Below are positions 15,955 to 24,782 of a stretch of 42,741 nucleotides of DNA, one piece after another. The notes under the pieces are model-generated. The model saw nothing but the letters and a program-made list of their open reading frames with translations, had not been told where the DNA came from and ran no database searches. The stretch is taken from positions 1-42,741 of the IMG/VR virus record IMGVR_UViG_3300013947_000011; one strand, written 5' to 3'. Source of the stretch: a virus. The position numbers and the translations under genes were made by a program. Position 1 is the first letter of the stretch; each line of letters starts with the position of its first letter.

Positions 15955-16230
15955 TCAAACCAGGCAAAACCGGCGCGAGGTGGTCTGTTTGGTATACTTG
16001 GCGTACAGATCCGGCTGATCGGCCTTGAGGGACTTAGAGTCCAGCCGGGACGATGTAACGGACTTGTAGGTGATCTTGTAATCCAGGCCCGCCAGGGTAT
16101 CAACCCCGGCGGCGTCCATGTGCTGCTTGATGGAGTCTTGCAAGCTGTCGATCTCTGCGGCCAGCTCATCGGCCATGCGGCGGAGCTCTCTAAGCTCCTG
16201 GACCTTGGCGGCGATCTCGTTAGCGCTCAT
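15955..16230 (-). CDS. Hypothetical coiled-coil protein (91 aa, MSANEIAAKVQELRELRR...TTSRRFCLV)
   Basis: ATG at 16230 with a GGAGG RBS. ATGA overlap with the upstream gene. Confidence 0.6.
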   Translation of the reverse strand: MSANEIAAKVQELRELRRMADELAAEIDSLQDSIKQHMDAAGVDTLAGLDYKITYKSVTSSRLDSKSLKADQPDLYAKYTKQTTSRRFCLV

Positions 16231-16622
16231 GATTGCACCTCCTTGCAAGCGGCGACAACAACGCGGGCCGCCTGATATAGGGCGCGGGCCTGGACGTCAA
16301 GCCACGTCTCTATGCGGTTGGGATTGCGTGCACCGTAGCGCGTCTTGCGCAGCTCGGAGGGTGTGCAGAGCCGCTCGGCGATGTCCCCATCATACACCAG
16401 GGAGCAGCCGCCGGAACTGTACTCGCTCCAGCTCCTGGCACCGCCCAACATCCACTCGCGGAGCTGGGCGGCATCTTCGGGGCCGTGGCCCTCATAAGCC
16501 GCATACCCCTCCAGGCTGCCCAGCAGGTCCAGCGCGTAGGCGATAACACCGCGCTGCCATGCGCTACGGGTGCGCACACGCTCGATCTCCTCACGCGCCG
16601 CGTCATAGTTGATATCCATCAT
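16227..16622 (-). CDS. Hypothetical protein (131 aa)
   Basis: ATG at 16622, 8 nt after GGGAGG. First gene of the leftward operon. Confidence 0.6.
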   Translation of the reverse strand: MMDINYDAAREEIERVRTRSAWQRGVIAYALDLLGSLEGYAAYEGHGPEDAAQLREWMLGGARSWSEYSSGGCSLVYDGDIAERLCTPSELRKTRYGARNPNRIETWLDVQARALYQAARVVVAACKEVQS

Positions 16623-16771
16623 GATACATACCTCCCGGCCTTATTGGCCTATCTCTTGACCAGGTGGGCCGGGCGTGGTACACTGTACCCGCTGGGCCTC
16701 TGGTCTGGTGTGGGGAGCGTGTCCGCATTGCTTGACCGGCGGCGGGTGCGCTCCTCTGCTCTACACATACC

Positions 16772-16799
16772 ATTATAGCAGATTATGCGTAATTGTCAA
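16772..16799 (-). promoter_or_regulatory. Near-consensus sigma-70-type promoter firing leftward (TTGACA-16 nt-TATAAT)
   Basis: Plus-strand ATTATA at 16772-16777 and TGTCAA at 16794-16799. TGCGTAATT direct repeats at 16786 and 16817 overlap or flank it. Confidence 0.6.
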
Positions 16800-16941
16800 T
16801 AGCAAAATCATGATTTTGCGTAATTTGCGGGTAGCGGACCGCGCGATAAGTGACCGGGGCGGGGGATATTTGGGACGAGAGCGGGGCCGGGTAAGCCCCG
16901 AAATGCCCGCAAAAAATAAAAGAGAAAAACAAAATGGCGGC

Positions 16942-16971
16942 TTGACATTTACGTTTACTGTGTGGTACAAT
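16942..16971 (+). promoter_or_regulatory. Promoter for the recombinase gene (TTGACA-18 nt-TACAAT with TG-extended -10)
   Basis: TTGACA at 16942-16947 and TACAAT at 16966-16971. It is followed by the palindrome AATCCAA-TT-TTGGATT at 16985-17000. Confidence 0.5.
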
Positions 16972-17022
16972 AACCGTAGAAGCCAATCCAATTTTGGATT
17001 GACCCCAAAGGAGGAGAGCCGC

Positions 17023-17784
17023 ATGAAAAACGTGGTTGCGTATATCCGCGTGAGCACAGACGGGCAAACCGGAGAAGATAAGTTCGGCCTGGACGTGCAG
17101 CGCGAACAGATAGAGGAATACTGCCGCAAGAACGACATGAACATCATGCGGTGGTTTTCCGACGAGGGAGAGAGCGGCGCAAAGTACCGCCCCGGGTTTG
17201 ACGAGATTGTTTACGGAGAGGTGAGCAATCCCCCTTATGAAGCTGTAGTAGTTGCGAAATCTGACCGAGTGGCCAGAGACATCAACATATACTTTTACTA
17301 CCAAGGCGCACTGCTTCGCAAAGGCATTGAGCTAATCAGCATCTGCGAGGACTTCGGGCAATTTGGCGTATTTGCCGGGATGCTCAAGGCGTTCACCCTG
17401 ACGTGCGCCGAGATGGAACGGGACAATATCAACAAGCGCACGAGCGCTGGCAGAGCAGTTAAAGCCTCCCGAGGCGGCTATTCTGGTGGTCGCGCACCTA
17501 TGGGGTACGAAGTTCGCGGCGGCGCGCTCTGCATTAACGAGAAAGAAGCGGATGTTGTCCGGCGGGTATTTGAGCTTCGGGACGGCGGCGTGACTCTTAA
17601 TGGAATCGTGGACAGTCTCAACAAGGACGGGTATACCACTAGGAACGGGAAGCCGTTCGTTATCAGCACGGTGCAAAGCATCGTGAACAACCGGAAAACC
17701 TACGAAGGGTTTTACCGGTACGGGAAAAACAAGGAATGGGTCAAGGGCCAGCATGAACCGATTCTGGCAACGGGCGCGAAGTGA
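17023..17784 (+). CDS. Serine recombinase, truncated large-serine-recombinase type (253 aa)
   Basis: Catalytic N-terminus VAYIRVSTDGQ...SDRVARD and recombinase-domain motifs GRAPMGYE. It ends right after the conserved HEPI motif (QHEPILATGAK*). No zinc-ribbon or coiled-coil region is present. Confidence 0.8.
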   Translation: MKNVVAYIRVSTDGQTGEDKFGLDVQREQIEEYCRKNDMNIMRWFSDEGESGAKYRPGFDEIVYGEVSNPPYEAVVVAKSDRVARDINIYFYYQGALLRKGIELISICEDFGQFGVFAGMLKAFTLTCAEMERDNINKRTSAGRAVKASRGGYSGGRAPMGYEVRGGALCINEKEADVVRRVFELRDGGVTLNGIVDSLNKDGYTTRNGKPFVISTVQSIVNNRKTYEGFYRYGKNKEWVKGQHEPILATGAK

Positions 17785-17834
17785 AGTAATTCCCCCGGCC
17801 AACCGGGAGAAAATAAATGTGGAGGAAAAGGAAA

Positions 17835-18302
17835 ATGAAAGCAAAGAGAGTGTGGGCGATGCTGCTTGCCATCATGGTGGCGGCAATTGCTATGGTCGGG
17901 TGCAGCGACGGCACCGCGGACCAACCGGATGACGGCGAGACCGGAAATCAGACCGTTGAGAAGGTCGTATATGACGGCGAGACGTTCAAGGCAACGTACC
18001 TGGGCATCACGGAGCTAGATTCCGTGCCGGGGGTCTGCTACATCCAGATGAAGTTTGAGAACAAGACGGACCAGGAAATCACAGTATATCCGCAGGACAG
18101 CTCTGTGAATGACACGATGGTCCAGTACTTGGGCGGAGTCCCCGCAACAATGCAGGGCGGGAAAAACATCAATTATTCCATGTTTTTCTACCTTGAAAAG
18201 GCTGGCATGTCCGACATTTCCGAGGTCAAAACACTTGAGTTCAAACTGACCGCTGATTTCAACGAGACCTCTGACACGATCACAATCAACGTGGGTGAGT
18301 AA
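17835..18302 (+). CDS. Lipoprotein (signal peptide plus lipobox AMVGC), DUF4352-like beta-sandwich
   Basis: MKAKRVWAMLLAIMVAAIAMVGCSDG. GGAGG lies 9 nt upstream of the ATG at 17835. Confidence 0.75.
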   Translation: MKAKRVWAMLLAIMVAAIAMVGCSDGTADQPDDGETGNQTVEKVVYDGETFKATYLGITELDSVPGVCYIQMKFENKTDQEITVYPQDSSVNDTMVQYLGGVPATMQGGKNINYSMFFYLEKAGMSDISEVKTLEFKLTADFNETSDTITINVGE

Positions 18303-18320
18303 TCTATACAAGCAAATAAA

Positions 18321-18354
18321 AGAGACGAGTTCTTTCGGGAACCCGTCTCTTTTT
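18321..18354 (+). terminator. Intrinsic terminator after the lipoprotein gene
   Basis: AGAGACGAGTTC-TTCG-GGAACCCGTCTCT followed by TTTT. Confidence 0.8.
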
Positions 18355-18373
18355 ATGCGCAAAAGGAGGACAC

Positions 18374-20029
18374 ATGGACTACGCGAAACTGGCAGAAAAC
18401 ATAAAACAGCATATTGCGCGGAATCCGTCTGACCATGTGCCGTACATGGACCTTCTATCCGTGTGCCGACAGTTAGAGCCGGATGATTTCGCTCTGGCCC
18501 ACGCGCTGAACAAGGATTTGCGAAAGCTGAGTTCTTCTGCCCTGCACACGTGCAGCGCAAAGGCGGCGGATTCTCTGTTCGACGTGTACAAAAAGGCCAT
18601 GTGCTTTGACGCACCGCACGATTTCGATACGTTCCTGCTGTACATCGAGATGAACCGCAAGCCGGAGAAGAAATTCTACGCGCCCAGGCGACATTACCTG
18701 CGGCCAATTGTGGCGGCGTATCAAGAGGTTTTGGACGGAAAGCTGCGGCTTTTGACGCTGTCACTGCCCAAACGCGCCGGGAAATCTCAGTTGGGTATCA
18801 ATTTTGTCAATTTCCTGTCCGGGCGGGAACCGGACAAGTCGTCCCTGATGGAGGGGACGGGAGACGACTTGGTGAAAAGCTTCTATTCCGGGTGCCTGGA
18901 GTATCTGCAAACGCCGAATGAATATTTATTCTATGACGTTTTCCCCAATTCCCCGCTGGTGCAGACCAATGCGGACACAAAGATACTGAATCTTCGGTCA
19001 AAATCCCGTTTCCCAACGGTTATGTGCCGCTCCATCGACGCAAGACAGGTGGGCCTGTCGGAGGCTACGAACGTCCTATATCTGGATGACTGCGTAGAGG
19101 GCCGCGAGGAAGCGAAAAACCGCCAGAGACTGGACGATAAGTGGGAGGTTATATCCGGCGATATTCTGGGCCGCGCCATTGAGGGTACACCAATCGTCGC
19201 CACGGGGACCCGGTATTCCCTGTATGACCCCATCGGCCACCTTCAGGAGGAAGCGCAAAAGGGCGGATGGGCCTGGAAAGCCATCGAAATACCGGCGCTT
19301 GACCCCGTTACGGACGAGAGTAACTACGAATACGAACGGGACGGCAAAAAGGTGTTTACCACGGCGTATTTCCGCGAACAGAGGGAGCTTTTGAGCGCGG
19401 AACAGTTTGAAAGTGAATTCCAGCAGCAGCCCTTTGAGGCGAAGGGGCTGCTTTTTAACAAAGATGAGCTGAACTATTTCTTTGAGTTGCCCACGGACCG
19501 TGGCCCGGACGCTGTTATTGCCGTGTGCGACACCGCAGAAAGCGGCAGCGACAGCACTGCCCTTCCCGTGGCGGCGCTGTACGGGGATGAGGTGTATATC
19601 GTGGACGTGGTGTTCGACGATTCACCGCCGGACGTTACAAAGCCGGAATGCGCCAAGTGCCTGATAGACAACCACGTTGCGGACGCGCTGTTTGAAAGCA
19701 ATAACGCGGGCATGTACTACGCCAGAGATGTTGCGGAAATCGTCCGCCAGCGTGGATATAGCGTCGGAATACGCACAAAGAGGACCATTTCCAACAAACA
19801 GACGCGAATTGAATTTGCGTCCGACAACATCAAAAAACACTTCTGGTTCAAGCATCCGTCCACCTATAAGCGGGGTAGCCAGTACTTCAATTTCATGAAG
19901 GAAGTCACCACCTACACCCGGAGCGGCAAGGTGCCGCACGATGACGCGCCGGATTCCCTGTCCCTGCTGGAGAACGAAATCCGAATGCGCGTGGGCGGAA
20001 AGGTGGAAGTGTTCAAGCGGCCATTTTAA
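18374..20029 (+). CDS. terL: Terminase large subunit
   Basis: Walker A LPKRAGKSQ, Walker B LYLDD, and a C-terminal RNaseH-like nuclease region (AVCDTAESGSDSTA, HDDAPDS). Confidence 0.88.
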   Translation: MDYAKLAENIKQHIARNPSDHVPYMDLLSVCRQLEPDDFALAHALNKDLRKLSSSALHTCSAKAADSLFDVYKKAMCFDAPHDFDTFLLYIEMNRKPEKKFYAPRRHYLRPIVAAYQEVLDGKLRLLTLSLPKRAGKSQLGINFVNFLSGREPDKSSLMEGTGDDLVKSFYSGCLEYLQTPNEYLFYDVFPNSPLVQTNADTKILNLRSKSRFPTVMCRSIDARQVGLSEATNVLYLDDCVEGREEAKNRQRLDDKWEVISGDILGRAIEGTPIVATGTRYSLYDPIGHLQEEAQKGGWAWKAIEIPALDPVTDESNYEYERDGKKVFTTAYFREQRELLSAEQFESEFQQQPFEAKGLLFNKDELNYFFELPTDRGPDAVIAVCDTAESGSDSTALPVAALYGDEVYIVDVVFDDSPPDVTKPECAKCLIDNHVADALFESNNAGMYYARDVAEIVRQRGYSVGIRTKRTISNKQTRIEFASDNIKKHFWFKHPSTYKRGSQYFNFMKEVTTYTRSGKVPHDDAPDSLSLLENEIRMRVGGKVEVFKRPF

Positions 20030-20035
20030 GGGGGT

Positions 20036-21487
20036 ATGCCAATGAATCTTTTTGGCCGGAGAGTTATCTACACAGACGTTGAACACGTCACCCGGGGAAA
20101 CGTGGTGGAGGTGCTGCAAAGAGCCATGCCCATTCACCTGATGAACCGGTCGGACATTGAGTATCTTTACAGGTATTACAAAGGGGACCAGCCCATTTTG
20201 GGCCGGGTAAAGGACGTTAGGCCGGAAATCAACAACAAAATCGTTGTGAACCGGGCGAATGAGATCGTTTCGTTCAAGGTGGGGTATCTGCTGGGTGAGC
20301 CTGTGCAGTACGTCAGCCGCGGGGACGACGAAAACATCGCCGATGGCGTATCCAAGCTCAACGATTATGCGCTTTCGGAGGACAAACCCGCCAAGGACAA
20401 GGAGCTGGCGGACTGGTTCCATATCTGCGGCACGTCGTACCGCATGATCCTGCCGGACAAAATGGCAGACGTGGAAGAGGATGAAGCGCCGTTTGAGATT
20501 TTCACCCTGGACCCGCGCAACACCTTTGTGGTGTACTCCAGCGGACTGGGGCATCGCCCCATTCTGGGCGTGACGTATGTGCAGAAAGAGGACAACACCG
20601 TTGTTTTCTGCTGCTACTCCGAGGATACGTATTTCGAGGTAACGGAAACCTGGGACGTGAAAGCGGAGCCGCAGATTCTGGGCATCCCCATTATCGAATA
20701 CCCCGCCAATGAAGCCCGGCTGGGCGCTTTCGAAATCGTGCTTCCCCTTCTGGACGCCATCAACAACGTTCAATCTAACCGCATGGACGGCGTGGAACAG
20801 TTTGTCCAGGCCCTCATGCTGTTCCACAACGTGGACATTTCGTCCGAGGATTACAAGAATCTGCGGGCAGAGGGCGCTATTAAGTTCAAGGACATTGACG
20901 CAACGCTCAAGGCTGACGTTGGGTATCTGACGGCAGAGCTGAACCAGACGCAGACCCAGACCCTGACAGACGACATGTACGACACCGTTCTGACGATTTG
21001 CGGTATGCCGAACCGAAATGGAGGATCCTCCACCAGCGACACCGGATCTGCGGTCATCATGCGCGACGGATGGTCATCAGCAGAGGCACGGGCAAAGGAT
21101 TCCGAGCAGATGTTCAAACGGTCCGAAAAGCAGTTTCTGAAAATCGCTATCAAAATCTGCAACAATCTGCGGGCGCTTTCTCTGAAAATGTCCGCTCTGG
21201 AAATCCGGTTTACGCGCCGGAACTACGAAAATATCAGCGAAAAGGCCAGCGTTCTGGTAGCCATGCTGAACAACGGGAAAATTGCCCCTCAGCTGGCATT
21301 CACGCATTGCGGCATGTTCTCTGATCCACAGCTTGCGTACAAAATGAGCGCGGAATATGCCGAAAAGCAAGAAGAAAAAGAATTATCGACAGGGAAGTCG
21401 TTAAAACGCGACGGGGAGACAACCCTGCAAAAAACGGAAAACAGTGCGGAGGGAACCGCCCAAAAAACGCAGGAGGTATCAACATGA
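20036..21487 (+). CDS. Portal protein, SPP1 gp6-like
   Basis: YLYRYYKGDQPIL...NNKIVVNRANEIVSFKVGYLLGEPVQY is a typical SPP1-type portal sequence. An alternative ATG at 20042 has better RBS spacing. Confidence 0.88.
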   Translation: MPMNLFGRRVIYTDVEHVTRGNVVEVLQRAMPIHLMNRSDIEYLYRYYKGDQPILGRVKDVRPEINNKIVVNRANEIVSFKVGYLLGEPVQYVSRGDDENIADGVSKLNDYALSEDKPAKDKELADWFHICGTSYRMILPDKMADVEEDEAPFEIFTLDPRNTFVVYSSGLGHRPILGVTYVQKEDNTVVFCCYSEDTYFEVTETWDVKAEPQILGIPIIEYPANEARLGAFEIVLPLLDAINNVQSNRMDGVEQFVQALMLFHNVDISSEDYKNLRAEGAIKFKDIDATLKADVGYLTAELNQTQTQTLTDDMYDTVLTICGMPNRNGGSSTSDTGSAVIMRDGWSSAEARAKDSEQMFKRSEKQFLKIAIKICNNLRALSLKMSALEIRFTRRNYENISEKASVLVAMLNNGKIAPQLAFTHCGMFSDPQLAYKMSAEYAEKQEEKELSTGKSLKRDGETTLQKTENSAEGTAQKTQEVST

Positions 21488-22059
21488 AAATCGACACCAG
21501 CAGAATCGAAGGTTACGCAGATATGTCCACGGAGGACAAGCTCAAGGCCCTGGAGGGTTTTGAGTATGAGGACAACGCCGCAGAGCTTGCCCGGCAGAAG
21601 AACGCTATTTCCAAGGCAAATTCTGACGCCGCCAAGTGGAAGCAGAAGTACAACGACATGCTTTCCGAGGACGAGCGCCAGAAGCAGGAACAGGCCGACA
21701 GCATTGCCTCTATGCAGAAGGAGCTTGACGAGCTGAGAACGGCAAAGACCGTCTCTGAGTACAAGGCAAAGTTCGTGGCGCAGGGCTATGCTGAGGACCT
21801 GGCCGACGATACGGCAAAGGCCCTGGCGGCGGGTGACTCCGCAAAGGTCTTTGCAAACCAGCAAAAGTTCCTGGATGAGTATGCCAAAAAGGTGAAGTCC
21901 GACATCCTCAAGAGCACTCCCGCGCCGCACGGCGGTGCCAGTTCCGTTGGAATTGATTACGACAAGAAGATCGAGGAGGCGCGTGTAAACAAGAACTATG
22001 CGGAGATCGCTTATTACACGCGCCTGAAAGCACAGGAAGAATCCGCAAATAACAAATAA
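21484..22059 (+). CDS. Scaffolding protein
   Basis: Coiled-coil, charged protein between the portal and capsid genes. ATGA overlap with the portal gene. Confidence 0.7.
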   Translation: MKIDTSRIEGYADMSTEDKLKALEGFEYEDNAAELARQKNAISKANSDAAKWKQKYNDMLSEDERQKQEQADSIASMQKELDELRTAKTVSEYKAKFVAQGYAEDLADDTAKALAAGDSAKVFANQQKFLDEYAKKVKSDILKSTPAPHGGASSVGIDYDKKIEEARVNKNYAEIAYYTRLKAQEESANNK

Positions 22060-22072
22060 AAGGAGTTAAGAC

Positions 22073-23104
22073 ATGGCAGATACTTTTGCTACCAGTTTTG
22101 CAACGCTGAACTATTCCGGTATGCTCTTTAACAAGGGCAATACCAAGACCCCCCTGAGTTCTATTATCGGTTCCCGGGCCAAGGTGACGAACCATGTGGA
22201 GTTTGTTACCGGCCAGGAGTACACCACCGGCGGCGGCGCACAGCCCGCTATTTCCGAGTCTGCGTCCCTGACTGCCCCCGACGCGTCCATTGTGACCCGG
22301 GAGCAGAAAACCAACGTCACCCAGATCTTCCACGAGGCCGTGGGCATCTCCTACGCCAAGCAGTCCAATATGGGCACCCTGTCCGGCCTGAACGTAGCTG
22401 GTCAACAGGCAAACCCCATTAACGAACTGGACTTCCAGGTCGCTGCTAAGATGCAGAAGGTCAACCGCGACATTGAGTACACGTTCATCAACGGCGTGTA
22501 CAACAAGGCCGCCGACGACACCAAGATCAACAAGACCCGTGGTCTTATCCCCGCTATCACCACCAACGTCACGGCCATGGCCAGCAAGCCCCTGGGCCTG
22601 TGGGAAATCGCCGACATGGTAAAGAAAGTCTATGGCCAGAACGCTCCCACCGATGGCCTGTGTCTGTGGTGCGATGCTGTGACCATGTTCCAGATCAACG
22701 CGGACGCTGTTCAGAATGGTCTGACCGTGGTTCCCGCCGCCCGTAACATCAACGGTATTTCCCTGTCCAGCGTGGTCACTCCCCTGGGCGTGGTGTACCT
22801 GTACCTTGGTGAGTGTCTGCCCGCTGGCACCGCTCTGCTGCTGAACCTGGACGTTATTTCTCCCGTGTTCCAGCCTGTGCCCGGCAAGGGCAACTTCTTC
22901 CTGGAGCAGCTGGCCAAGACCGGCGCGGGCGAGAAGTATCAGTTGTTCGGCCAGATCGGTCTTGACCATGGCCCCGAGTGGTACCACGGTAAGTTTACCG
23001 GCATCGCCACCACCCTCACCAAGCCCACCTACAGCCGCAGCGTGTTCATTGCCAACGACGTCGACAATCCCGTGAACACCAAGGCCGTCAGCACTTCCGG
23101 CTGA
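22073..23104 (+). CDS. Major capsid protein
   Basis: Its position, size (343 aa), strong AAGGAG RBS and highly expressed-type codon usage fit a major capsid protein. Confidence 0.82.
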   Translation: MADTFATSFATLNYSGMLFNKGNTKTPLSSIIGSRAKVTNHVEFVTGQEYTTGGGAQPAISESASLTAPDASIVTREQKTNVTQIFHEAVGISYAKQSNMGTLSGLNVAGQQANPINELDFQVAAKMQKVNRDIEYTFINGVYNKAADDTKINKTRGLIPAITTNVTAMASKPLGLWEIADMVKKVYGQNAPTDGLCLWCDAVTMFQINADAVQNGLTVVPAARNINGISLSSVVTPLGVVYLYLGECLPAGTALLLNLDVISPVFQPVPGKGNFFLEQLAKTGAGEKYQLFGQIGLDHGPEWYHGKFTGIATTLTKPTYSRSVFIANDVDNPVNTKAVSTSG

Positions 23105-23118
23105 TTGGGGGGTATGAG

Positions 23119-23430
23119 ATGAGCGACGAGGAAAAGCTGGTCATGCTGGGAGACGTGACCGGGGAGACAAGCGAACCGGTTCTTTCTGCGTATCTGAAGA
23201 TCGCTGCCAGCAAAATCCTTCGGAGGGCGTTTCCGTTTGGGACGGATGTTACCGTCGTCCCCGCATGCTATGAGATCAACCAAATCGAAATCGCCGCATA
23301 TCTCATCAATAAACGCGGGGCAGAAGGAGAAACGGCGCATAGCGAAAATGGCGTTTCCCGGTCTTATGAGGGCGGCGACGTTCCGCCCTCTCTTATGCGG
23401 GAGATCGTGCCATTTGCGGCCACCATGTGA
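23119..23430 (+). CDS. Head-tail connector (gp6-like / SPP1 gp15-like)
   Basis: Size and position. LSAYLKIAASKILRRAFPF pattern. Confidence 0.65.
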   Translation: MSDEEKLVMLGDVTGETSEPVLSAYLKIAASKILRRAFPFGTDVTVVPACYEINQIEIAAYLINKRGAEGETAHSENGVSRSYEGGDVPPSLMREIVPFAATM

Positions 23431-23439
23431 GGCGCAGAA

Positions 23440-23811
23440 ATGAAAATCATGAGCCGAAACAAAAGGCCGTGCTGGTATCTTTTGTACCAGGGGACAGAGT
23501 TGGGGAAAGACGCTGGCGGCTACGAAACCGGCGAAAAAAGCGTGAAATACGCAGACCCGGTGAAAATAGAAGCCAACATCTCCCCGGCTGCCGGTTATGC
23601 GCAGATTCAGCAGTTTGGGCAGTTCATCTCCTATGACAAGGTGATCATCACAGACGATATGACCTGTCCCATCGACGAAAATACAGTACTTTTCATCGAC
23701 AAAAAGCCGGAATATAAAGACGGGAAACCGCTTTATGACTACGTTGTAAAGCAAATTGCCAAATCTCTGAATTTGGTGTCCATCGCCGTCAGTAAGGTGA
23801 ACGTGTCGTGA
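23440..23811 (+). CDS. Head closure / head-tail adaptor protein
   Basis: Synteny after the connector gene. Confidence 0.5.
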   Translation: MKIMSRNKRPCWYLLYQGTELGKDAGGYETGEKSVKYADPVKIEANISPAAGYAQIQQFGQFISYDKVIITDDMTCPIDENTVLFIDKKPEYKDGKPLYDYVVKQIAKSLNLVSIAVSKVNVS

Positions 23812-24335
23812 AAAGGGCTGTAAAGACGGCGCTGTCCGCATCGGGCGTTCAGCGGATGATCGATGCAGTCGAGGCTTACCGGACGTGGTTGGAGGACCGG
23901 GCGAATGCACTTCTCCGGGAGCTTTCTTCCATGGGGTATGATATCGCATCCGCAAAATTCGAATCTGCCGTATATGACGGGACAAACGACACCAAGGTAA
24001 AAATTGAAGAACGAGACGGACGCACGGCGGCGGTGGTAGCTGTCGGTGCGTCCGTCCTGTTTATTGAGTTTGGCACTGGCGTTACATACCCAGATAATCA
24101 CCCGGAAGCCGCGCAAAACGGCATGGTTCGCGGCGCTTACGGAAAGGGCCACGGCAAGCAAAGGACGTGGGGCTACTACGGAGACCCCGGAACAAATGGG
24201 GTTGAGCAAACCAACCCCAAAACCGGCAATACGGTGGTCCTGACTCACGGCAACCCGGCCAACACGTGCATGTACGACACAGCAAAGGAGCTTTCAGAAA
24301 GGCTCCCGGCCCTGGTCAAGGAGGTGTTTCGATGA
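23808..24335 (+). CDS. HK97 gp10-like tail component
   Basis: GTGA overlap at the start. VLFIEFGTGV motif. Confidence 0.6.
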   Translation: MKRAVKTALSASGVQRMIDAVEAYRTWLEDRANALLRELSSMGYDIASAKFESAVYDGTNDTKVKIEERDGRTAAVVAVGASVLFIEFGTGVTYPDNHPEAAQNGMVRGAYGKGHGKQRTWGYYGDPGTNGVEQTNPKTGNTVVLTHGNPANTCMYDTAKELSERLPALVKEVFR

Positions 24336-24733
24336 TCGACATTGAAAGCAGAGTATATACGTCAATCGCGGAACAGCTCCGTGAGAAATACCCGGGCATT
24401 GACGTGGCCGGTGAGTATATCAATGCGCCCCCTAAATTCCCGCATGCCAACATTGTGGAGCAGGACAATTACACCGCCGCCAATCGCCTGGATTCCTCCG
24501 AAAGCGAGAGGTATTCGGTGCTGATGTACGAAGTGAACGTCTACTCCAACAAAACCGGCGGGAAAAAGAGCGAGTGCCGGGCTATCATGGCGGACATCGA
24601 CAAGATGATGTATGCGCGTAACTTCACGAGGATTTCCATGTCCCCGGTCCCGAACATGGAAAACGCTTCTATCTATCGCCTTGTTGCCAGATACAGGGCG
24701 GAAACAGACGGGACCACCATTTTCAGACGATAA
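24332..24733 (+). CDS. Tail completion / tail terminator protein
   Basis: ATGA overlap. Position immediately before the tail tube gene. Confidence 0.5.
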   Translation: MIDIESRVYTSIAEQLREKYPGIDVAGEYINAPPKFPHANIVEQDNYTAANRLDSSESERYSVLMYEVNVYSNKTGGKKSECRAIMADIDKMMYARNFTRISMSPVPNMENASIYRLVARYRAETDGTTIFRR

Positions 24734-24782
24734 CAGAAAGGAATGATGACCTATCGCTATCTCTACCTACAAGGTTTTCCTG

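Larger units (their letters stand above)
15144..18373. mobile_element. Accessory island between terS and terL (decayed integrative-element cargo / moron cluster)
   Basis: It interrupts the normally adjacent terS-terL pair. It has opposite-strand genes with their own consensus promoter and terminators, a truncated serine recombinase and a lipoprotein with its own terminator. Confidence 0.5.

Noticed and set aside
16675-17022. N-terminal extension of the serine recombinase ORF (track start 16675).
   Set aside because: The extension contains a consensus promoter, a palindrome and the AAGGAGG RBS that serves the ATG at 17023. The recombinase catalytic domain begins at that ATG.
19622-20827. Long antisense ORFs opposite terL/portal (401 aa), capsid (21908-22987, 359 aa), tape measure (25402-26724, 440 aa; 26942-28156, 404 aa) and the methyltransferase (7319-8500, 393 aa).
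   Set aside because: These are shadow frames typical of high-GC DNA. Their translations are Arg/Gly/His/Pro-rich and low in complexity. They have no RBS and each fully overlaps a gene with clear family motifs on the other strand.
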